A DNA stretch of 64,000 bases from Candidatus Binatia bacterium (GTDB lineage Bacteria; Desulfobacterota; Binatia; UBA9968): the NCBI GenBank assembly GCA_041483675.1, contig JBGPGE010000006.1, positions 8,978-72,977 on the forward strand, in the 5' to 3' direction. The notes beneath the pieces were generated by a model. It searched no databases, was not told the DNA's origin, and worked only from the letters and a program-made list of their open reading frames with translations. The stretch's first letter is position 1. Every line of letters begins with the position of its first letter. Positions 55,495 through 64,000 of the stretch are shown here, piece by piece. The position numbers and the translations under genes are program-made.

Positions 55495-56329
55495 TCTCTT
55501 CGAGTAGCTGCTGGGCTTCTTTTTTATGGTTCGGGTCGTCGGAAAACTGGACGGGAAGTTCCAGAGCGCTCTTCAAGGCATCGCGGGCGACCTGCCACTT
55601 GCTCAGGCCGATGTAGCTCTTGGCGATTTCGAGACGGTGGCCAACGACGGTCGGGTTTAAGGCGATGGCCTTTTGAAAATAGTCCACGGATTGCTCGAGC
55701 GTCCCTTTGGGGATCGAGCGCCACAGAAAAGTCGAGGCGAGGACGCGACTCATGCCGCCGACCTCCGCCATGCGCCGGTGCCAGATGCCGTAGACGTGGT
55801 AAGCGAAGCCGTTTTGCGGGTCGAGAGCGATCGTCTGCTCCACCTCCGCGCGTATCTCTTCGGCGAGGTCGATCTGCGTAGCGGCCGAAGATTGGCCCGC
55901 GATTTTTCCCAACGAGGCTGCGACGTAAAAGTGGCCCCAGGTTCCGTTGGGATCGGCCCTCACCGCCTTGCGCGCGTACTCTTCCGCTATCTGGTACTGC
56001 TTGAGTCTCTTCTCCTGCCAGTTGGAATCGGTCTCCGGGATCATATCCCCGAATTCGAGATAGACACGAGCCGTCTTGGACAGCGCCTCATGATGCTGCG
56101 GGTCCAACTCGAGCACTCTGGACAGGACCTGAAGCGCCTCCTTGGGCTTGAACGCGGCATAGAGCGCGTCGGCCCGCTGCAACAGGTTGGAGATTTCGGA
56201 GCCGTCGTTCTTGCACTTGGGGCAGCCGACTCTCCCCATCTCGCGCTGAGCCGCCTCCGGCGCGCTCGGGCAAAGCCCGACGCCGAATGAAACGAGAACC
56301 GCGGTTAAAATCCAGGCTCGTGTCGTCAT
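55481..56329 (-). CDS. TPR-repeat protein, secreted
   Basis: 282 aa with a signal peptide and TPR-like helical repeats. Confidence 0.45.
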   Translation of the reverse strand: MTTRAWILTAVLVSFGVGLCPSAPEAAQREMGRVGCPKCKNDGSEISNLLQRADALYAAFKPKEALQVLSRVLELDPQHHEALSKTARVYLEFGDMIPETDSNWQEKRLKQYQIAEEYARKAVRADPNGTWGHFYVAASLGKIAGQSSAATQIDLAEEIRAEVEQTIALDPQNGFAYHVYGIWHRRMAEVGGMSRVLASTFLWRSIPKGTLEQSVDYFQKAIALNPTVVGHRLEIAKSYIGLSKWQVARDALKSALELPVQFSDDPNHKKEAQQLLEEIKSR

Positions 56330-56332
56330 AAT

Positions 56333-56773
56333 CTACCGCACAGAGGTGGCTTTGCCGTTTTCTCCGATCGCGACATATACCACTTCCGCTTCCGTCACGC
56401 GAACTCGATTCCCCGGCGCGCTAAAACGCTCGGCCTCGACTTCGACCCGGATTGTAATAGAAGTCTTCCCCTCGCGGATCACCGTCGCGTAAAAGCTCAC
56501 CACGTCGCCGACGTAGACCGGCGCGATGAACGCAACTTCGTGCATCGCCTTGGTGACGAAGTCGCGCGGCGCGTGCGCTCTGGCAGCCACCGAGCCGGCC
56601 AGGTCGATGTGGCTCAGAATGATGCCGCCGAAGATCGTCCCGCGCGCATTGGTGTCTTTCGGAAGCATCGTCACTTTGAGCGCGGGCTCTCGCATCGTCA
56701 TGGGTTCCAGGTCTCGGCTGATAGATTTTTGCGGCGCCTCAGAGATAGGCGAGCCAGCGGGCGTACTTTGCAT
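56333..56773 (-). CDS. acyl-CoA thioesterase (hotdog fold, YciA-like)
   Basis: The core LPKDTNARGTIFGGIILSHIDLAG...VGDVVSFYATV aligns to YciA-type thioesterases. An alternative start at 56701 (MTMREP...) would remove the 35-nt overlap with ilvE. Confidence 0.6.
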   Translation of the reverse strand: MQSTPAGSPISEAPQKSISRDLEPMTMREPALKVTMLPKDTNARGTIFGGIILSHIDLAGSVAARAHAPRDFVTKAMHEVAFIAPVYVGDVVSFYATVIREGKTSITIRVEVEAERFSAPGNRVRVTEAEVVYVAIGENGKATSVR

Positions 56774-57656
56774 CTTTCCCCTTGATGATGTTGAAAAATG
56801 TCTGCTGCAGATCCAAAGTCACCGGCCCCGGGCAGCGTTCGCCGATCTTGCGGTTGTCCACTTCGCGGATCGGCGTCACCTCAGCCGCGGTGCCGGTGAA
56901 AAACGCCTCGTCGGCGGTGTAAAGCTCGTCGCGGGTGAAGCGCTCTTCGGTTACCTGATAGCCCTTGTCACGCGCCACCGTCAGCAGCGAGTCGCGGGTG
57001 ATGCCGGGCAAAATGGAGGTGAACGGCGTGGTCTTCACGCGCCGGTCGCGGACCATGAAGATATTTTCGCCGCTCGCCTCGGCCACGTAGCCTTCCGTAT
57101 CCAGCATGATCGCTTCGTCGTAACCCGCCTTTTTCACTTCGGTTTTGGCCAGCACGGAGTTGATGTAATTCCCCGAGACTTTGCTCTTGGTCATCATCAC
57201 GTTCACATGGTGGCGCGTGTAGGACGAGACCTTGGCTCGAATGCCGTTTTTGATTCCTTCGTCGCCCAGATAGGCGCCCCACGACCACGCCGCGATCGCA
57301 AGGTGGACCGGATTATCGGGCGCGTAGAGTCCCATCTCTCCGAGTCCGAGGAAGGCGAGCGGCCGGATATAACATTCCTTCAGGCCGTTGGCCCTGACCA
57401 CATCCATGATGGCGCTCTTGACGCGGTCGAAAGGGTAAGGAAGCGGAAAGCCTAATATCTTCCCGGAATCGAACAGCCGCCGGACGTGCTCATCCAAACG
57501 AAAAACGGCGGACCGCCCGTCGTCGAGAGCATAACAGCGGATCCCTTCGAAATAGCCGGTGCCGTAATGGAGCGCGTGGGTTAAGACATGCACCTGGGCC
57601 TTGTCCCAATCCACCATCTCGCCGTCCAACCAGATCTTTTTTCCTTGTAGTGCCAT
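56739..57656 (-). CDS. ilvE: branched-chain amino acid aminotransferase
   Basis: 305 aa. The N-terminus MALQGKKIWLDGEMVDWDKAQVHVLTHALHYGTGYFEGIRCY is classic IlvE (fold type IV PLP). Confidence 0.85.
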   Translation of the reverse strand: MALQGKKIWLDGEMVDWDKAQVHVLTHALHYGTGYFEGIRCYALDDGRSAVFRLDEHVRRLFDSGKILGFPLPYPFDRVKSAIMDVVRANGLKECYIRPLAFLGLGEMGLYAPDNPVHLAIAAWSWGAYLGDEGIKNGIRAKVSSYTRHHVNVMMTKSKVSGNYINSVLAKTEVKKAGYDEAIMLDTEGYVAEASGENIFMVRDRRVKTTPFTSILPGITRDSLLTVARDKGYQVTEERFTRDELYTADEAFFTGTAAEVTPIREVDNRKIGERCPGPVTLDLQQTFFNIIKGKDAKYARWLAYL

Positions 57657-57735
57657 CGTCTATCCCAATAAAATCGGCAGTTTTTAGAATTGAAGTATTG
57701 TATGTTTCTTGCAAGCCTCTATCAAGGGCCGGGCC

Positions 57736-57767
57736 AAAAAAAGGCCACCACGCTCTCCGTGGTGGCC
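57736..57767 (-). terminator. rho-independent terminator downstream of the HU gene
   Basis: Minus strand: ggccaccacggagagcgtggtggcc (10-bp perfect stem) followed by ttttttt. Confidence 0.75.
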
Positions 57768-57788
57768 CTGGCCGAATAATCGCGCAAC

Positions 57789-58058
57789 TTATAGTGATTT
57801 TTTCAGATCGGGAGCGGGCCGGAAACCCACGGTCCGGCTCGCTTTGATCGCGATCTCCGCGCCGGTCTGGGGATCTCGCCCCTTTCTCGCCTTGCGCGAG
57901 CGCACCGTAAAGGTGCCGAAGCCCGGCACCTGGAAGCGCTTGTCTTTTCTGATCGCCCGCGCGAGATGGTCAAAGGTCGCGTCCACCACATCCCCCGCCG
58001 CCGTCTTGTTCAATTTTAGTGTTTTGGCCACCGCCTCGATAAGTTCCGCCTTGGTCAT
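57789..58058 (-). CDS. HU family DNA-binding protein
   Basis: ORF 57789..58124. The start is set at MTKAELIEAVAKTL..., with a strong GGAGGGGG Shine-Dalgarno. The HU/IHF fold signature is present (GFGTF...R.ARKGRDPQTG). Confidence 0.8.
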   Translation of the reverse strand: MTKAELIEAVAKTLKLNKTAAGDVVDATFDHLARAIRKDKRFQVPGFGTFTVRSRKARKGRDPQTGAEIAIKASRTVGFRPAPDLKKSL

Positions 58059-58216
58059 AACCCTTCCCCCTCCGTCCAGTGATCGATTGCTAGTCGCTTG
58101 CTGTCGTTGCAGCTCCGCTTTCACACGTTGATTGGAAGCAGGACTGCATAATTCCGAATTAACAAGAAAATGTCAACAAAAAAAATAAAAAACTTTTTGC
58201 GTTCGACTTTCAGCTC

Positions 58217-59149
58217 TCAGATGCCGGCGATTTTCTCGTAAAGCAGGCCGTAACGGATTCCCTGGTCGCTCACGGTCACGCTCTCCATGCCGAAGAGTGT
58301 CATGATTCGTTGAATGAGCAGCGCGCCCGCTAAAATTACGTCCGCCCGCTTCGGCTCGAGGCCGGCGATCTGTTTGCGCTCGGCAATCGTTTTCGTTCGA
58401 TAGATCTCGACTTGCCGCTCGACTTCCGAAAGAGGGAGTAGGCTGCCGTGAACTTCGCTGTGCGAATAGGTTTTCAATCCTTTCATGACGGCGGCGAGCG
58501 TGGTGAACGTTCCGGCGATGCCGACCATGACGTCGAAAGGGCCGGTGCGTCCCCACTCACGAAGCAAGGCGCGAATTTCCGGATCGATCGCCGCCGCCAT
58601 CCGGTCGCACTCCCCGGGTCGAACCGGATCGGAGTGGAAAAAGCGCTCCGTCAATCTGACCGAGCCCAGGTTAAGACTCGCCGAGCGGTGGAGAGCGCCC
58701 GCCTTGGCCCAGATGAACTCCGTGCTCCCTCCGCCCACGTCCGCCACGAGCACGTCCGCGGCGTTCAGCCGCAGTCCGCGAGCCACCGCAAGATACGAGT
58801 AGCGCGCCTCATCTTCGCCGGACAACACGCGCAGATCCAAACCCAACTCGCGCTTGAGCCGCTGGATAAACGCCGGGCCGTTCCGCGCGTCGCGCAGCGC
58901 GCTGGTGCCGGCGGCGACGACTTCATCGACGCCCAAATCCTTACACTCACGGAGATAATCCTTCAGCGTGGCGAAGCTCCGCTCTTCGCCGGCCAGAGAA
59001 ATCGCGCGGGTTTTATCCACGCCCTCGCCGAGGCGCGCGATCTCCGCCCGGTCGGTAAGAACGCTGAACGAGCCGTCTTCGTTCAGTTCGGCGACGAGCA
59101 GAAGGATCGTGTTGGTGCCGAGATCGATGGCAGCGAAGCGGGTGCTCAT
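58217..59149 (-). CDS. Ppx/GppA family exopolyphosphatase / pppGpp phosphohydrolase
   Basis: 310 aa with an ASKHA-fold N-terminus (AAIDLGTNTILLLVAE) and conserved E residues. Confidence 0.7.
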   Translation of the reverse strand: MSTRFAAIDLGTNTILLLVAELNEDGSFSVLTDRAEIARLGEGVDKTRAISLAGEERSFATLKDYLRECKDLGVDEVVAAGTSALRDARNGPAFIQRLKRELGLDLRVLSGEDEARYSYLAVARGLRLNAADVLVADVGGGSTEFIWAKAGALHRSASLNLGSVRLTERFFHSDPVRPGECDRMAAAIDPEIRALLREWGRTGPFDVMVGIAGTFTTLAAVMKGLKTYSHSEVHGSLLPLSEVERQVEIYRTKTIAERKQIAGLEPKRADVILAGALLIQRIMTLFGMESVTVSDQGIRYGLLYEKIAGI

Positions 59150-59202
59150 TGTGAAAGCTGGTGAGTTTCTGGTTTCAGGTTTCTGGAGTCGTCATTCCGG
59201 CC

Positions 59203-59335
59203 AAGTCAGCCCGAGGCTGACGCGAGCCGGAATCCAGGAATTGAGGTAGGGCCGGTTCGCGAACCGCCCCTACTGGATTCCCGCTTTCGCGGGAATGACG
59301 GAAAGGATATGACTTCCCGCTTCCGCGGGAATGAC
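59203..59335. repeat. compound REP cluster: 49-bp palindromic unit, gtagggccggttcgcgaaccgcccctac palindrome, and two attcccgc/gcgggaat units
   Basis: It matches the units at 35697..35776 and 32821..32848. The last units are read through by the trmFO ORF (…[22 protein letters not shown]). Confidence 0.7.
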
Positions 59336-60658
59336 GGATAAGACGCCTGGCCGTTCGCCAAGCGTTTTGATCCATTCGTCCATGTCCCGGAGCGCGCGCT
59401 CCACCATCAACTGTTTTTTCTCCTTCTTGGGAACCGCAGGGTCGAGCGGCGGCAGGAGGCCGAAGTTGACGTTCATCGGCTGAAAATCCTTGCGCGCGGG
59501 GTCGCAAATGTGGGCCAGCAGCGAGCCCAGAGCCGTGGTCGGCGGTGGGGTGACCGGCGTGCGCCCTTGCAGCAGTCTGGACGCGTTGATCCCGGCGAGC
59601 AAGCCTGAGGCCGCGGATTCGATGTAACCCTCGACGCCGGTAATCTGCCCGGCGAAAAAGAGATCGGCGCGGCCGCGCCACTGAAGCGTCGGCAAGAGAT
59701 GGCGCGGCGCGTTGATGAAAGTATTGCGGTGGAGGCTGCCGAAGCGGGCGAACTCGGCGCGTTCCAGTCCCGGAATCGTCGAGAAGACCCGCTTTTGTTC
59801 GGGATAGGTCATCTTGGTCTGGAAGCCGACTATGTTGTAGAGCGTCCGCTCCCGATTTTCCTGGCGGAGCTGCATCACCGCATGGGGCCTTTTGCCCGTG
59901 CGCGGATCGGTCAAGCCGGTCGGGCGCATCGGACCGAACGCCAGGGTGTCCCGCCCGCGCCGCGCCAGCTCTTCGACCGGCATGCAGCCTTCGAAATAGA
60001 CAAACTGCTCGAAACTCTTCGCCGGAACTTTCTCGGCGGCACAGATGGCGGCGACCAGGCTCTCATACTGCTCGCGCGTGAGCGGCAGGTTGAGATAGTC
60101 GTCGCCGCCGTGTTGATAGCGCGAGGCGCGAAAGGCAATGCTCATGTCGATCGAGTCGGCGGTCACGATCGGAGAAATGGCGTCGTAGTAGTAGAGATGC
60201 TCGGCGCCCAGTAGCGAAGCCAGAGCGCGGGAGAGCGGCGCCGAGGTCAAAGGGCCGGAGGCGACGATCGCCGTGCCGCTGGGAATCTCTTCGGCTTCTT
60301 TGCGGTTCACCCGCACGGAGGGAAGCGCATGAACGGCGCGCGTCACCTCCTCGGCGAAGCGCTCGCGATCCACCGCCAGGGCGCTCCCCGCCGGCACCGA
60401 ACAGGCGTCGGCCACGCGGATGATGAGCGAGTTTAAGCGGCGCATCTCCTCTTTGAGAAGGCCGGCCGCATTGGCGAGAGAGTTGGAGCGCAGAGAGTTG
60501 CTGCAGACGAGTTCGGCCAGGTGAGAAGTGGTGTGCGCCTCGGTCGGCCGGCTAGGGCGCATCTCGTAGAGCTCGACCTCCACGCCACGCTGCGCCAGTT
60601 GCCAGGCCGCCTCGGCGCCGGCAAGTCCGCCACCGATGATGCGAACGATGGGGATCAT
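59270..60658 (-). CDS. trmFO: methylenetetrahydrofolate--tRNA-(uracil54-C5)-methyltransferase TrmFO, with repeat-derived C-terminal extension
   Basis: 462-aa ORF with an FAD-binding N-terminus ([20 protein letters not shown]) and the TrmFO/MnmG-family body. The last roughly 25 codons are encoded by REP elements. Confidence 0.75.
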   Translation of the reverse strand: MIPIVRIIGGGLAGAEAAWQLAQRGVEVELYEMRPSRPTEAHTTSHLAELVCSNSLRSNSLANAAGLLKEEMRRLNSLIIRVADACSVPAGSALAVDRERFAEEVTRAVHALPSVRVNRKEAEEIPSGTAIVASGPLTSAPLSRALASLLGAEHLYYYDAISPIVTADSIDMSIAFRASRYQHGGDDYLNLPLTREQYESLVAAICAAEKVPAKSFEQFVYFEGCMPVEELARRGRDTLAFGPMRPTGLTDPRTGKRPHAVMQLRQENRERTLYNIVGFQTKMTYPEQKRVFSTIPGLERAEFARFGSLHRNTFINAPRHLLPTLQWRGRADLFFAGQITGVEGYIESAASGLLAGINASRLLQGRTPVTPPPTTALGSLLAHICDPARKDFQPMNVNFGLLPPLDPAVPKKEKKQLMVERALRDMDEWIKTLGERPGVLSVIPAEAGSHILSVIPAKAGIQ

Positions 60659-60740
60659 GGGAAAACGAATTCAGAATACAGAAGTCAGAATTCAGAATAG
60701 AGAATCAAAGCGGGGAGGAAAGGCTTCTGACTTCCGGCTT

Positions 60741-63059
<2,319 letters not shown>

Positions 63060-63074
63060 AATTTCAATCTCAGC

Positions 63075-64000
63075 TTAAAGCGCGGCGCGGAATCTTTTTC
63101 CTGGAAGCTGCTTGAGCACTCCCCTGATCTCCAGGTCGAGCAGCACCTCCGATACCTTGGCCGGCGAAAGCCCGCTGCTTTCGATGACCTCGTCGATCTG
63201 CACCGGCCCGGAGAGAACCATCTCAAAAACTTTCCGCGCCTCCGCGCTCACGTTCGCCGGCAAAACAGGCTGGAGCGGCTCCTGCCGGACGGTCGCGCGG
63301 CCCGCGAGCTGCGGCGCGATCTCTTCGATGATGTCTTCCACCCGCTCCACCAGCTTGGCGCCCTGGCGGATGAGCCGATGCGTGCCGCGGCTGCGGCTCG
63401 CGCCCGCCTCCCCTGGAACCGCGAAGACCTCGCGTCCCTGCTCCAACGCCAGCGCCGCCGTGATAAGCGAGCCGCTTTTTTCCGTCGCTTCGACCACTAC
63501 CACGCCGAGCGCGAGCCCGCTGATCAGCCGGTTGCGCGCGGGAAAGTTAAACGAAATCGGCGGCGTCCCCATCGGCAGTTCCGAAACGACGGCGCCCTGC
63601 TCGCGGATTCGGTGATATAGCCTCTCGTGCTCCGGCGGATAGACCACATCGACCGCCGAGCCCAAGACCGCAATCGTTCTCCCGCCTGCACCCAGCGCGG
63701 CCTCATGGGCCGCTCCATCGATGCCGCGCGCCATGCCGCTCACTACCGTGAAGCCCAACGAGGCCAGGCCGCTACAAAGTTCCTGCGTGATCCGCAAGCC
63801 GTACTCGCTGGCGCTGCGCGATCCGACCACGGCGATAATTTTTTCATCCTCGCCGTCAACCTCTCCGCGCGCGTACAAAAACGGCGGCGGATCGGTAATC
63901 GCCCTGAGCCGCGCCGGATAACTCGGCGAGGCGTAGGGAACGATCGACGCGCCCGCCGCTGCGATCTTGCCCAATTCCTCTCGCACATCGTCCCAGCCTG
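63075..64000 (-). CDS. dprA: DNA-processing protein DprA (Smf), probably 5'-truncated by window edge
   Basis: Rossmann-like core (IIAVVGSRSASEYGL...GMARGIDGAAHEAAL...) and a C-terminal wH domain. Only about 22 aa precede the YPxxL motif within the window, so the true start probably lies beyond 64000. Confidence 0.7.
   Translation of the reverse strand, partial: GWDDVREELGKIAAAGASIVPYASPSYPARLRAITDPPPFLYARGEVDGEDEKIIAVVGSRSASEYGLRITQELCSGLASLGFTVVSGMARGIDGAAHEAALGAGGRTIAVLGSAVDVVYPPEHERLYHRIREQGAVVSELPMGTPPISFNFPARNRLISGLALGVVVVEATEKSGSLITAALALEQGREVFAVPGEAGASRSRGTHRLIRQGAKLVERVEDIIEEIAPQLAGRATVRQEPLQPVLPANVSAEARKVFEMVLSGPVQIDEVIESSGLSPAKVSEVLLDLEIRGVLKQLPGKRFRAAL

Noticed and set aside
59190-59340. 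Possible CRISPR array suggested by closely spaced palindromic repeats
   Set aside because: The units belong to three different repeat families, are irregularly spaced, have no unique spacers of uniform length, and the same units occur singly at other loci. The pattern is REP-like, not CRISPR.

Overview
A 64-kb, high-GC (about 65%) bacterial chromosomal segment with most genes on the minus strand. It divides into five parts.

- **1 to 20.8 kb, catabolic supercluster.** A 14-gene minus-strand operon-like array for aromatic or heteroaromatic acid catabolism, with a GntR regulator (13599..14309) as its last gene. It contains two UbiD-family decarboxylases flanking an orphan XDH-family Mo-hydroxylase large subunit, two gentisate-1,2-dioxygenase-like bicupins, an LLM flavin monooxygenase, a VOC protein, two SBP-fold PhtD-like proteins and three NMT1-type solute-binding proteins. 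A divergent plus-strand ABC importer operon carries a split ComD/ComE-like TPP decarboxylase.
- **20.8 to 27.8 kb, accessory region.** An amidohydrolase gene remnant, a class II aldolase, a DUF433/DUF5615 toxin-antitoxin-like pair, and a roughly 3.6-kb low-GC island with a HerA-like ATPase, a degenerate-PLD-like protein and small membrane proteins. It also holds a DapA-family gene flanked by imperfect direct repeats and tRNA-Ala(GGC).
- **27.8 to 33 kb.** recN, nadK and a second orphan XDH large subunit.
- **33 to 54.6 kb.** phnE is separated from phnD-phnC by about 19 kb. The intervening stretch holds a 5'-nucleotidase, a cNMP-binding/anion-permease fusion, a FecR-like protein, a CHASE2 adenylate cyclase, three CHAT-TPR proteins (two in tandem), an MBL hydrolase and a UPF0175-VapC TA pair.
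- **54.6 to 64 kb, housekeeping.** ilvE, HU, ppx/gppA, trmFO, topA and dprA.

Several distinct families of palindromic REP/MITE-like repeats occupy intergenic regions, and one cluster extends the trmFO reading frame. No CRISPR array, rRNA or obvious prophage was seen.
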